Positions 18,375 to 27,998 of a DNA stretch of 54,189 bases are shown one piece after another. Position 1 is the stretch's first letter, and every line of letters begins with the position of its first letter. This DNA is from Candidatus Alkanophaga volatiphilum (GTDB lineage: Archaea > Halobacteriota > Syntropharchaeia > Alkanophagales > B39-G2), in the NCBI GenBank assembly GCA_029259545.1, contig JAPHEE010000009.1, positions 2,575 to 56,763 on the forward strand. Direction: 5' to 3'. The notes beneath the pieces are model-generated. The model did no database searches and had not been told where the DNA came from. It was given only the letters and a program-made list of their open reading frames with translations. The translations under genes and the position numbers were made by a program.

Positions 18375-20125
18375 ACGCAAGAACCAAAGTCCTGAAGATA
18401 GACCTTTCTCGGTACAAATACGAGGTTGAAGACCGGAGCGAGCTTTTCGAGCGGTGGCTAGGCGGCGTCGGCGTCGCCGTCCAGCTCCTGAGGGAGGAGA
18501 TGGACGTCGGAGCCGACCCTCTGAGCGAGGATAACGTCATCGTCTTCGCCATCGGACCCCTCACGCCCGCCTACCCCATGGCTTCGAAAACTGTTGCGCT
18601 CTTCAAAAGCCCCCTCACCGGGAACTTGGGCGAGAGCCATGCCGGCGGGCGGACGGCGACCAGCATCGCAAACGCAGGCTACGGCGCCATTATAATTAAG
18701 GGGGCGAGCAGGACGCCGGTCTATGTTGTCGTGGACAACGAAAAGGTGCACTTCAGGGACGCCCGTGGCATATGGGGCATCAAGAGCTCGCTGACCGCCG
18801 GCAGGATAATCGCCGAACGCGAAAAAGGGCGGGGCATGCGGACCGTCATGAGAATAGGCGGCGCCGGCGAGCGTCTCGTGCGTTACGCCTGCGTCACCAC
18901 CGAAACCTACAGGCACTTCGGGCGGCTCGGGCTCGGCGCCGTCTTCGGGAGCAAGAAGCTCAAAGCGCTCGTCGTCATCGGGCGCGGCTCGTACAAGCCC
19001 GCAGACGCCGCCGGCTACCGCAGAGTCTACGAGAAGATCTTCAGGACCGCTCTGGAGTCGGACGTGATGAACAAGTATCACCTGCTGGGCACGCCGGTGA
19101 ACGTGAACCCGCTGAACGAGCTGGGGGCGTTGCCTACGAGGAATTTGAAGGCTGCGAGGTTCGAGAAAGCGGAGGAGATAAGCGGGGAGGCGTTCGCAGA
19201 GTTCAACCTCGGACGACGAGTAGGTTGCAGCCACTGCCCGATCGCATGCATCCACATAGCGGTCCTCCGTGAACCCTACGAGGAAGAATCCTACTTCTAC
19301 AAGACGATAATGATTTCCTACGACTACGAGCCTATTTATGCGCTCGGCTCGATGTTGGGCGTAGGTAGCCGTGACGGTCTCCTGAAGCTGATCCACAGGG
19401 TCGAGGTTCTCGGGCTGGATGCGATGAGCACCGGCGTCTGCCTGGCGTGGGCGACGGAGGCTCTCGAAAAGGGCTTGATTTCGGAGGAGGACACTCTGGT
19501 GAGGCTGCGGTTCGGCGATCATGAGGCGTACTTGAGAGCCATGGACTTTCTGGTGGAGCAGCCGAACGACTTCTACAAGCACCTTGCGCAGGGCGTTGAG
19601 AAGGCTTCCGACGCCTACGGAGGTAAGGACTTTGCGCTGGCGTTCGGCGGGAACGAGATGCCGGGGTACCACGTCGGCTACGCCACGCACCTCGGCTACC
19701 TGATAGGGCTGCGGCACAGCCACCTCGACAACGCCGGCTACTCGCTCGACCAGAAAGCCGATGTGAGAGCTATGACGCCTAAGGAAATTGTAGACTCGCT
19801 GGTCGAGGAGGAGATATGGAGGCAGGTGCTTTCCAGCTTGGTCGTTTGTTTCTTCGCCCGTGGCGTTTATAAGCCGGGGACGGTCGTCGAGGCATTGGAG
19901 CCGTTGGGCATCAAAACAAGCGAGGAGGAGCTTCGGGAGCTTGGGAGGCGAATATATGCAGAGAAATTAAGGCTGAAAATGGACATGGGCTTCACTTTGG
20001 ACGCCTTAAGGCTTCCAAGGAGGATATTCGAAACTGAGACGCCGCATGGCATGCTAAAAGAGGAATTTTTCAGGGAAGCTTTGGACTACTATAAGCAGAA
20101 AATCGAGAATTTGATAATAAGTTAA
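18371..20125 (+). CDS. aor: tungsten aldehyde:ferredoxin oxidoreductase family protein
   Basis: KSPLTG, GRLGLGAVFGSKKLKA, CSHCPIAC, DYEP and GLDAMSTG motifs. Confidence 0.9.
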   Translation: MNARTKVLKIDLSRYKYEVEDRSELFERWLGGVGVAVQLLREEMDVGADPLSEDNVIVFAIGPLTPAYPMASKTVALFKSPLTGNLGESHAGGRTATSIANAGYGAIIIKGASRTPVYVVVDNEKVHFRDARGIWGIKSSLTAGRIIAEREKGRGMRTVMRIGGAGERLVRYACVTTETYRHFGRLGLGAVFGSKKLKALVVIGRGSYKPADAAGYRRVYEKIFRTALESDVMNKYHLLGTPVNVNPLNELGALPTRNLKAARFEKAEEISGEAFAEFNLGRRVGCSHCPIACIHIAVLREPYEEESYFYKTIMISYDYEPIYALGSMLGVGSRDGLLKLIHRVEVLGLDAMSTGVCLAWATEALEKGLISEEDTLVRLRFGDHEAYLRAMDFLVEQPNDFYKHLAQGVEKASDAYGGKDFALAFGGNEMPGYHVGYATHLGYLIGLRHSHLDNAGYSLDQKADVRAMTPKEIVDSLVEEEIWRQVLSSLVVCFFARGVYKPGTVVEALEPLGIKTSEEELRELGRRIYAEKLRLKMDMGFTLDALRLPRRIFETETPHGMLKEEFFREALDYYKQKIENLIIS

Positions 20126-20140
20126 GGAAAAAACCGAAGC

Positions 20141-20626
20141 CTAGTATCTGAACCTCTCACTCAGCCATTTTTCGACAACTTCTCTCGCGAGTTTTCGTTC
20201 TATCGTCGCATATAAGACGTTCACAACGCCAAGGAGCTCGCCCCGCCGCACGAAGCCATTACTTATCGGGTGAAAGAGCGCTTCTTCGAAAACTCTCTTG
20301 TCTTCTACGAGTTTCGGCTTGCCGACGCCGACTAACGCGGGCACGAAGCCAAGAGCATGCCGCATCACCGAGCACGGCATTATTATCGCGCGCTCTGGAA
20401 CTTCGATCCTCTCGATTTTTATGCTGACAACCTCGTTCGCCCGCACCTCCTTGTCCTCGCTCGCGATGACCATCTGCCACTCACCCTTGGGACCCGCACT
20501 GTAGCTGTAGGGGAACGCCTCCGTAACAAGCCGCTCAAGCTCCCCTCCCACTCTATTTTTCCAGTAAACAAGCTCTATCTTCGGCATGAGGATAGGGTTA
20601 GAAGTCCGGTTTTTAAGCTTTACCAT
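20141..20626 (-). CDS. DUF22-family archaeal protein
   Basis: Resembles DUF22 (WQMVIASED, RHALG, GELLGVVNV); recognised from memory. Confidence 0.6.
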   Translation of the reverse strand: MVKLKNRTSNPILMPKIELVYWKNRVGGELERLVTEAFPYSYSAGPKGEWQMVIASEDKEVRANEVVSIKIERIEVPERAIIMPCSVMRHALGFVPALVGVGKPKLVEDKRVFEEALFHPISNGFVRRGELLGVVNVLYATIERKLAREVVEKWLSERFRY

Positions 20627-20671
20627 TGGAATGCGATAACAGGGTCAGGAATTGATGAAAGCAAAAAGCAA

Positions 20672-20977
20672 CTAACGCCTCAGCAGCTCCTTTAAGAGCG
20701 AGTAGAGCAAGTAAGGGAGAGAAAAGACGAACGCACCGAACATGTAGCAGCCGAGACAGCTGACCTGCCTCCCGCCGGGGCGAGGTTCCGACACGGGACG
20801 GGCAGCTTGCGGAGACCGCATACGGCTCGGTCAGGGAGCCGTCCTCAGTCAGCATTTAGCTGACCGAATCATCGAAAAGTTAGAAGGAAGGAATAAAATG
20901 TTTCGGAAAGCGGGCTTTCCTCCCCTTAGAGGCTTCCAGCCCGCAGGAGGTGTGAGAAAGACCTTGAGCCAGAGCAT
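20672..20977 (-). pseudogene. 37-aa hydrophobic small ORF interrupted by a mini-element
   Basis: Removing 20760-20951 yields MLWLKVFLTCLGCYMFGAFVFSLPYLLYSLLKELLRR*, with GGTGA upstream. Confidence 0.55.
20760..20951 (-). mobile_element. non-autonomous IS200/IS605-type mini-element (family A, copy 2)
   Basis: Follows CTCAC and ends GGTCAG; the last ~40 nt are identical to 2318-2505. Confidence 0.85.
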
Positions 20978-21030
20978 CTTCCATCTCACCGCCGTCACGA
21001 CGTGCCGCAGTGCTCCACCTCTGCTCAGAA

Positions 21031-21103
21031 CGCCCGGGTCGGGATTTGAACCCGAGTCGGAGCCTCGACAGGGCTCCATGATAGACCCCTACACCACCCG
21101 GGC
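21031..21103 (-). tRNA. tRNA-Asp(GTC)
   Basis: GCCCGGG acceptor stem, anticodon loop CT-GTC-GA. Confidence 0.95.
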
Positions 21104-21299
21104 ATCGTTTTGAGATTGATGAGGGGTTAATAAATACTTTTGACTCCATGCTTCTTAAACCCCTCCTGAGGGCATCATTTCCCGCCGCCTTTTTCTTTTG
21201 GCACCGTTGTTAAAGCATACAATAAAGCATATAATTCTGCACATGTGATCATGACGAACACTTTTTTGCCTACGCAACCAACTAAAATGGGGAGGTAAG

Positions 21300-21854
21300 A
21301 TGCGATCTTTCATCGCTATCGACATGTCCGACGAGCTGAAGCGCGAAATAGCAGAAATACAAGAAGAGTTTCGGTTTTTAAGAGGTGTTAAATTTGTGAA
21401 GCCGGAGCAGGCGCATCTGACGCTGAAGTTCTTAGGCGAGGTGCCGGAGAGCAGGATAAACGCCTTGAAGAGGGCTTTAGATGAAGTGCGTGCAGAGGCT
21501 TTTGAAATGCAGCTGCGAGGTGTCGGCGTCTTCCCTAATGAAAGACGTATAAGAGTCATCTGGGTGGGCGTTGAGGATTCGGCGGCACTAAACGCTCTGC
21601 ATGCGGAAATCGAAGCGAGACTGAATAGGTTAGGATTCAGAAGAGAGCCACTGAGCCCGCACGTAACGCTATGCAGGGTGAAAAGCATGAGCGGTGAGGA
21701 GAAAAGCCTTACGCTAAAGAAACTCGGCGAGCTTTCCGACAAAAACTTCGGAAAAATGCTTGTCAGCGAGGTGAAGCTCAAAAAGAGCGTGCTCACGCCG
21801 AAAGGACCGATATATGAGGACGTGTACATCAAAACTTTAAGTAGGGAAGGATGA
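21300..21854 (+). CDS. thpR: RNA 2',3'-cyclic phosphodiesterase (2H family)
   Basis: Two HxT motifs, HLTLKFLG and PHVTL. Confidence 0.9.
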   Translation: MRSFIAIDMSDELKREIAEIQEEFRFLRGVKFVKPEQAHLTLKFLGEVPESRINALKRALDEVRAEAFEMQLRGVGVFPNERRIRVIWVGVEDSAALNALHAEIEARLNRLGFRREPLSPHVTLCRVKSMSGEEKSLTLKKLGELSDKNFGKMLVSEVKLKKSVLTPKGPIYEDVYIKTLSREG

Positions 21855-23221
21855 GAAGGAGGCGTACATTAGCGGATTTCCTATATTTTGAGGAAGAAAC
21901 GGGAGCCGAGGAGCAGTCTGTGGAGCGTAGTTCTCCTGAAGCTGAAAACAATACCGAGGTTGGACCGTTCATTGCCAACACGGAGGCGGAGCGCCGTCTC
22001 GACGTTCATATCTTCACGGTTGGGGAGCTCACGAAGTACATAAAGGGTATGTTGGAGAGTGACGAGCTCCTAGGCGACGTTTATGTCCGCGGCGAGGTCT
22101 CCAACTTCAGACAGCCAACTTCTGGGCACATGTATTTCACGCTTAAAGATGAGGCTGCGGAGCTTGAGTGCGTGATGTTCCGTCGTGAAAATGCAGCGCT
22201 CAGCTTCATCCCCGAAGACGGCATGAAAGTCATAGCCCGTGGCAGCATCGGCGTCTATGAGCGGCGGGGCAGATACGAGCTTTACGTAAAGGAGCTGAAA
22301 AAAGAGGGTTTGGGCGAGCTGTACCTAGAATTTGAGAGGCTTAAGGAGAAGCTCAGAAGCGAAGGGCTTTTTGATGCGGCTCGCAAGCGTCCGCTGCCGA
22401 AGTTTCCGAGGCGCATAGGTATAATCACGTCGCCGACCGGCGCCGCGATCCGAGACATGCTGAAGATAATAGGGAAGCGGTATCCGAACGTTCATGTTTT
22501 AATAAGTCCTGTGAAGGTGCAAGGCGAGGAGGCGCCGCTTGAAATAGCCAATGCAATAAAATTGATGAATCACGTGAGTGAGACGCTTTACCCTATAGAC
22601 GTGCTGATCGTGGGGCGGGGCGGCGGCTCCATAGAGGAACTTTGGGCTTTTAATGAAGAAGTCGTCGCGAGAGCGATCTACGAATCGAAAATCCCAATAA
22701 TCTCGGCGGTCGGGCATGAGATAGATTTTACGATTGCGGACTTCGCCGCAGACCGCCGGGCAGCGACGCCATCCGAAGCCGCCGAAATCGTCGTCCCGGA
22801 TATGCGAGAGCTGAAGAAACGCTTAGAAACTCTGGAAATAAGGCTTCGTCAGAGCGTCCTGAAAAAGCTTGAGGTTTACAAGAAGCGGCTGGAAAGCGTA
22901 GAACGCAGCACTGTCTTCAGGAAGCCCACTGAGAGATTGGACAAGTACAGGCAGCAAGTGGATGAGCTGAAGAGCAGGATGCTCGCTGCCCTTTCGCACC
23001 ACCTCAAGCTAAAGAAGAGCATGTTACAAGGCGTCGCCGGGAAGCTTGACGCCCTCAGCCCACTTGCGGTGCTCGGTCGCGGGTTCGGCGCATGTTTGCG
23101 GCTCGACGGTAGTGTCGTGCGCAGTGTTGAGGACGTGAGCGTCGGCGACGCCGTCAGAATATTGCTGAGCGATGGAGAATTGCTGGTTGAGGTAAAAAGT
23201 AAAAGTAGGAGGGGTGCTTGA
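21851..23221 (+). CDS. xseA: exodeoxyribonuclease VII large subunit
   Basis: GEVSNF, SGHMYFTLKD, RGGGSIEELWAFN, SAVGHEIDF and TPSEAAE motifs. Confidence 0.95.
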   Translation: MRRRRTLADFLYFEEETGAEEQSVERSSPEAENNTEVGPFIANTEAERRLDVHIFTVGELTKYIKGMLESDELLGDVYVRGEVSNFRQPTSGHMYFTLKDEAAELECVMFRRENAALSFIPEDGMKVIARGSIGVYERRGRYELYVKELKKEGLGELYLEFERLKEKLRSEGLFDAARKRPLPKFPRRIGIITSPTGAAIRDMLKIIGKRYPNVHVLISPVKVQGEEAPLEIANAIKLMNHVSETLYPIDVLIVGRGGGSIEELWAFNEEVVARAIYESKIPIISAVGHEIDFTIADFAADRRAATPSEAAEIVVPDMRELKKRLETLEIRLRQSVLKKLEVYKKRLESVERSTVFRKPTERLDKYRQQVDELKSRMLAALSHHLKLKKSMLQGVAGKLDALSPLAVLGRGFGACLRLDGSVVRSVEDVSVGDAVRILLSDGELLVEVKSKSRRGA

Positions 23222-23463
23222 TGGAACTGAGTTTTGAAGATGCATTACGGCGGCTTGAGGAAATTGTGGAGCTGTTAGAGCAAGGCGACCTGCCGTTGGA
23301 GGAAGCATTAAAACTTTTCGAAGAGGGGATTGTGCTCTGCCGGTTTTGCAACAAGAAGCTTGACGAGGCGGAATATAGAGTTGAAATGCTCGTGAGTGAG
23401 GGCGGAGAAGTGAAAACGGAAAAATTCGAATGGGATCGAGGCGGGCGGCAGGAGACCGACTAA
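23221..23463 (+). CDS. xseB: exodeoxyribonuclease VII small subunit
   Basis: SFEDALRRLEEIVELLEQGDLPLEEALKLFEEG. Confidence 0.95.
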   Translation: MELSFEDALRRLEEIVELLEQGDLPLEEALKLFEEGIVLCRFCNKKLDEAEYRVEMLVSEGGEVKTEKFEWDRGGRQETD

Positions 23464-23471
23464 GGAACTAG

Positions 23472-24158
23472 CTATTCCAGTATGATCAGGGAATCGGCGG
23501 CAACGACGCCCTTACCCCGCTCCCTTACGAACAGTGGGTTTATGTCAAGCTCTTTTATTTCAAGATGCTCAGTCACGAGCTCTGAAACTTTGAGAAGGAC
23601 GTCAACGAGCGCCTCCACGTCGGCAGGCGGTACATTGCGGTAGCCTCTGAGTATCTTGTAGCCCTTTATCTCTTGGATCATCTCCTCAGCATCCTTCCGC
23701 TCTATAGGGCAGATCCTAAGCGAGATGTCTTCGAGGACTTCCGTGAAGATGCCACCTAGTCCAAAGAGGATCGTTGGCCCGAAGATTTCATCTTTTTTCG
23801 AGCCGACGAGCGTTTCGACGCCGCCTTCTACCATCTCCTGAACTAAGAACAAAGGCTCGATGTCTTGCGCCTTCGCCCTTTCAGAAATAGCTTCGTAGGC
23901 AGCGAGCAACTGCTTATCATCCTCGATGCCCACGTGGACGCCGCCGAAATCCTGCTTGTGCGTGACCTCGTGCGAGCAGATTTTCAGGACGACCGGATAG
24001 CCGATTTCCTTGGCAGCTTCCAGAGCTTCCTCCTTCGTGCTTACTACTTTTTCTCTGGTTATTGGGATGCCACGCTCCGCGAGTATTAGCTTCGACTCGT
24101 GCTCATTGAGAACTTTCCTTCCTTCACTGAGGGCGGCTTCGATTATCTTTTGTATCAT
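23472..24158 (-). CDS. acdB: ADP-forming acyl-CoA synthetase beta subunit (ATP-grasp)
   Basis: GYPVVLK, THK, FGPTILFGLGGIFTE and ELDINPL motifs. Confidence 0.85.
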   Translation of the reverse strand: MIQKIIEAALSEGRKVLNEHESKLILAERGIPITREKVVSTKEEALEAAKEIGYPVVLKICSHEVTHKQDFGGVHVGIEDDKQLLAAYEAISERAKAQDIEPLFLVQEMVEGGVETLVGSKKDEIFGPTILFGLGGIFTEVLEDISLRICPIERKDAEEMIQEIKGYKILRGYRNVPPADVEALVDVLLKVSELVTEHLEIKELDINPLFVRERGKGVVAADSLIILE

Positions 24159-24159
24159 T

Positions 24160-25257
24160 TTAAATCATCCTTATGAGCGAACTTACATCACTCGTCGGAC
24201 TGCTTTTCTGCGGCACACTGACTTCCATCTCCTCTTCTTCCAACCTCTTGCTGTAGGCAACACTCTCCTCCACGCCCGTCATTATGGCGGTTACCTTAAC
24301 GCGCCCGCTGTAGTTTTCGTCGATTCTCGCACCCCATATAACCGTGGCGTTCGGATCGATCTCATAGGTTAGGAGCTTCACGATGTCGTCAGCTTCCTTT
24401 ATCGTGAGGTCAGGACCGCCGGTGATGTGCACCAAGCTGCCTTTTGCGCCTCTGTAATCCAAGTCGAGGAACGGATGACCGAGCGCCGCTCTGACCACCT
24501 CTTCAGCTTTATTTTGCGACTTCGACGTCTCGCCGACGAGCATGACGGCGACCCCCTTAAACCGCATCACCGCCCGTAGGTCGGCGAAATCTAAGTTTAT
24601 CAGTGAGGGCTGCGTGATCGTCTCGGTGATCCCCTTCACGGTGTCTGCTATTATCATGTCCATTACCTTAAATGCCTCCTCCACAGGCAGGTTCGGCACG
24701 TACTGCAGAAGCTTCTCGTTGTCGAGCACGATGACAGTATCCGCAAACTTCTTCAGCTCCTCAATTCCATCCTGCGCCTTCTTTATCCTCGCCCTCTCTG
24801 CCTTAAACGGCGAGGAAACCATAGCCACGACGATCGCGCCAAAATCCTTGGCAATCTCGGCTACGACGGGCGCAGCGCCCGTGCCGGTGCCGCCGCCCAT
24901 CCCGGCGGTGATGAATACAAGGTCCTTACCCCTGAGCGCATCCTCGATGACCGATTTATCCATCTCAGCGGCTTTCTTCCCAATCTCAGGCTCACCGCCC
25001 GTGCCCAAGCCTCTTGTCAAAGCCTTGCCTATCAGTATTTTCTTCTGCGCCTTTGTGTTATCGAGATGCAATTTGTCGGTGTTTATTGCAATCCGGTCCG
25101 CGCCTTTCACATCTAACTCCTCAAGCCGGCTTATCGTGTTGTTCCCGGCGCCGCCGATCCCCACAACTGCGATCCGGGGAACCCCGAAAAGTTGCGGCTC
25201 CGGCTCGTTGGCCTTGCTCGTGTCGTTCCCGAATATCATCCCCAACTCATTTACCAA
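24160..25257 (-). CDS. ftsZ: cell division protein FtsZ (FtsZ2-like)
   Basis: [16 protein letters not shown] and [11 protein letters not shown] motifs. Confidence 0.95.
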   Translation of the reverse strand: MVNELGMIFGNDTSKANEPEPQLFGVPRIAVVGIGGAGNNTISRLEELDVKGADRIAINTDKLHLDNTKAQKKILIGKALTRGLGTGGEPEIGKKAAEMDKSVIEDALRGKDLVFITAGMGGGTGTGAAPVVAEIAKDFGAIVVAMVSSPFKAERARIKKAQDGIEELKKFADTVIVLDNEKLLQYVPNLPVEEAFKVMDMIIADTVKGITETITQPSLINLDFADLRAVMRFKGVAVMLVGETSKSQNKAEEVVRAALGHPFLDLDYRGAKGSLVHITGGPDLTIKEADDIVKLLTYEIDPNATVIWGARIDENYSGRVKVTAIMTGVEESVAYSKRLEEEEMEVSVPQKSSPTSDVSSLIRMI

Positions 25258-25681
25258 GAGACTCTCCCCCCATATGGCATCCTAGGAGGCAATAAATAAG
25301 AGTATCGTTACTGTAATAAATACCCTCCCCTGAACTTAAGGTGTAAAAATTGCAGTAGTGATTTCCGATGATATGGACTCTTACAGCCATATTGCGGCGT
25401 CCGAAATGATATTTTATCCAAAAGCACTCAATTACGCAGTTACTGCCGTCTAAATCATGTAAGGGGCGCACCTCTATGGGAACAAGCGCTATTTCCACTG
25501 TACTGATCCCCTCTTCATTTCGATGACGCTGCTGTCGTACTTGCAACGATCACTCCATATTCACTTGTATTCGTAAAGAGTGAAATATAATGATCATATC
25601 TCGAATCAGGGCATGTATGCACGTTTATTACTGTAGGGAGCTTATTTAAAGTTAACATGGACGCACTTCACGCTCATAACA

Positions 25682-26581
25682 TCAGGGTAGCACTTTGGCG
25701 CCATGAGTTGCTATTTTACTTTTGATGACTGCGCCGAAGTCTGAAAGACGCTCGTATATGTTCTCAGGTAGTGTATACGAGATCTTACGCCCGTCACCTG
25801 CAAGTCCGACTGCGAAGACCGTGTCGCCGAGCATTGCGACGCTTGCAAGCCCACCTTCTGCCTCCACCGCCTCTATAGCGTCCATACCTCTCTCACTTAT
25901 AAGTTCGGTTTCATAGGCGAAGCGCTTAGAGGTCCGCATGAAGTTTTCGAGGCTTGGCGCCTGCATGAAGTCCCTCATTGCTTTTCTCCCCGCCTCATTG
26001 ATTCTACGCATCGCCCCCTCGTCCTCTAAAATGGACCTCGTTGGCAGCTTCCCGAAGGTGACGGCTCCGATCTCGACATTTCCGCAAGGTATTTTGTCGA
26101 TGACGCCGATGCCTGGCGGTCCTGGTGAGAGTCTGATGACGGCTCCGCCGTAGCTCTGGGCGATAACATCGCCCAAACCCGTCCTGTTCGTCACTTCCGC
26201 AACATGGGCGAGTTGGGCAAGGCGGTTTAGCGACATTTTGAGGGAAAAAAGTTCATTAAGTGCGAGCGCTGTGCTTAAGGTGCCGGCGGCACTCGCACCG
26301 AAGCCGCAACCCACCGGCACGTCTAATTTTATATCCACGACGACAGGTTTTCCTGCAAGTCGTTCTACGACGAGCTTTGTGGTGCTTGCCTCGGCTTCGA
26401 CGCCGTTGATGCGGATGCAGTGTTCCCGTTCATCACTAAGGCGGACTTCGACGATGCAGCCCGCTTTGAGAGCGATGCCGCAGCCCACAGAGCCCATGCG
26501 TAGTGGGCTTTCATGCCTAATTATTTCAAAGAAGCCGGTGATGTGCGACGGCGAGTACGCCTTCGCGCTGCGAGCGAGCAT
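25682..26581 (-). CDS. pok: pantoate kinase (GHMP family)
   Basis: SPSHITGFF, PVGCGFGASAA and AHVAEV...TGLGDV motifs. Confidence 0.85.
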   Translation of the reverse strand: MLARSAKAYSPSHITGFFEIIRHESPLRMGSVGCGIALKAGCIVEVRLSDEREHCIRINGVEAEASTTKLVVERLAGKPVVVDIKLDVPVGCGFGASAAGTLSTALALNELFSLKMSLNRLAQLAHVAEVTNRTGLGDVIAQSYGGAVIRLSPGPPGIGVIDKIPCGNVEIGAVTFGKLPTRSILEDEGAMRRINEAGRKAMRDFMQAPSLENFMRTSKRFAYETELISERGMDAIEAVEAEGGLASVAMLGDTVFAVGLAGDGRKISYTLPENIYERLSDFGAVIKSKIATHGAKVLP

Positions 26582-26597
26582 GGAAAATTAGAAGAAA

Positions 26598-26990
26598 TTA
26601 GAAGGTTCCGATGACCTTTTTCGCCTCGCCGATGATCTTCAGGACTTCGGCGACATCGGGAGTCTCAAGCTCCTCCGGCACCTTCACTTCGGTCAAGCCG
26701 ACCCACGCCGGGCACGCGATCAGGCGGACGCCTGCGTCCTTCGCCGCCTTCACGAGCGCCACAGGATCGGCGGCGAGTCCCAATTTTTTAGCGTTTTCTT
26801 CTATTTTACTTTTATAGCCCTCAAGCAGAGGGGCGAGTCTGAACTTACGTTCCGCCAACGCTACAAGCGCCTCCTGCGTGAAGATGACGGCAACGTCGCC
26901 ACCCGCCTTCTTCGTCTCGATCGCCGCAACCAAGCTGCTTATATAAGAGTTTACCATACCATCTCGGCATATCACCACAGTGTCCACCAT
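26598..26990 (-). CDS. DsrE/DsrF-like protein
   Basis: 130 aa with a DsrE-like pattern (VAVIFTQEA...GVRLIAC). Confidence 0.6.
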   Translation of the reverse strand: MVDTVVICRDGMVNSYISSLVAAIETKKAGGDVAVIFTQEALVALAERKFRLAPLLEGYKSKIEENAKKLGLAADPVALVKAAKDAGVRLIACPAWVGLTEVKVPEELETPDVAEVLKIIGEAKKVIGTF

Positions 26991-27144
26991 ACTCCCACCA
27001 CCTTCCCCCTAAGCCGCTTTTTCCTAATAATACTTTCGGTTCCAAGCACGCCCAATATTCTTTAGTCTTTATTCGCGTTGTACGCTTGTCAAACTGCTGC
27101 CCTAAATTTTAAAAGCGGCTAGGATTAAACCATGTACTGAAGAT

Positions 27145-27217
27145 AGTCCCGTGGTGTAGGGGTCAAGCATGCGGGCCTTTGGAGCCCGTGACGGCGGTTC
27201 GAATCCGCCCGGGACTA
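27145..27217 (+). tRNA. tRNA-Gln(TTG)
   Basis: AGTCCCG/CGGGACT acceptor stem, anticodon loop CT-TTG-GA. Confidence 0.95.
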
Positions 27218-27670
27218 CTTTTCCTCCTCTTCTCGGCTCAGCAGCTTCACGCTGTCGCCTCTGACGGTGATGGGTATGGGGACCACGGCATCGAAGAGCT
27301 CGATGGTGACCTCCTCTTTTATTTCGTCCACCCTTTTGACCCGGGCGCGCTCACCTTTCAGCGGTCCGGATATTATTTCGACGATGCTGCCCTCGGTGAT
27401 GCCGGTGATCGAGGGCTTCGGCGTCAGGAAGTGCTCGATCTCGCTGAGGCTCGTCTCGCCCCGGACGAGCGATCTCGCGTGCGGTATGTGCTGTATCGCC
27501 TCCTCTATGGCGTCGGGCTTCTCAGCTTCGATGAGCACATAGCCCTTAAGGTCGTCGGGCACGAGGATGGCCCGGACCCCATGATCCTTCCTGCCTCGTA
27601 TCGCCCTTTCTATGAGGTTCGCAACCGCCTGCTCCTGATTCACCGTGGTCTTCACAGCGTATATCGGCAT
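27215..27670 (-). CDS. spt5: transcription elongation factor Spt5/NusG
   Basis: IYAVKTTVNQE, KGYVLIEA and KOW motif VEIISGPLKG. Confidence 0.95.
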   Translation of the reverse strand: MPIYAVKTTVNQEQAVANLIERAIRGRKDHGVRAILVPDDLKGYVLIEAEKPDAIEEAIQHIPHARSLVRGETSLSEIEHFLTPKPSITGITEGSIVEIISGPLKGERARVKRVDEIKEEVTIELFDAVVPIPITVRGDSVKLLSREEEEK

Positions 27671-27680
27671 CCTACCACAC

Positions 27681-27887
27681 CTATCCCGGCAACACTGCCA
27701 TGAGAACGTATATCAGGAAGCCTATGAGCCCTACGAATAAAATCACAACGCCCGCGATCTTTGAGATCCTTAAAAACTCCTCCCTTGTGGGCCTCCTTGT
27801 AAGCTTCAAAATCATGTAATACTCTCTCAATTTCGTCTCTAGATCCTTCATGCTCACTTGGGAGATTCTTGGTGACATGCTTATCAC
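27681..27887 (-). CDS. secE: protein translocase SecE/Sec61-gamma
   Basis: LKLTRRPTREEF followed by a TM helix; conserved ftsZ-secE-spt5 order. Confidence 0.9.
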   Translation of the reverse strand: MISMSPRISQVSMKDLETKLREYYMILKLTRRPTREEFLRISKIAGVVILFVGLIGFLIYVLMAVLPG

Positions 27888-27998
27888 ATCTTGTTATTTG
27901 TAGTAGCCCATCGGTCCCCGCCTCTATTCTGGCACCCTAGCATAATTATACTCTTCGAGAACCCTCAGCATTTTCATCCTTCATCTCTCGGCAGTGCG

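Noticed and set aside
18458-19723. 421-aa minus-strand ORF
   Set aside because: Antisense shadow of the AOR gene.
24542-25285. 247-aa plus-strand ORF (likewise 28195-28842)
   Set aside because: Antisense shadows of the ftsZ genes.
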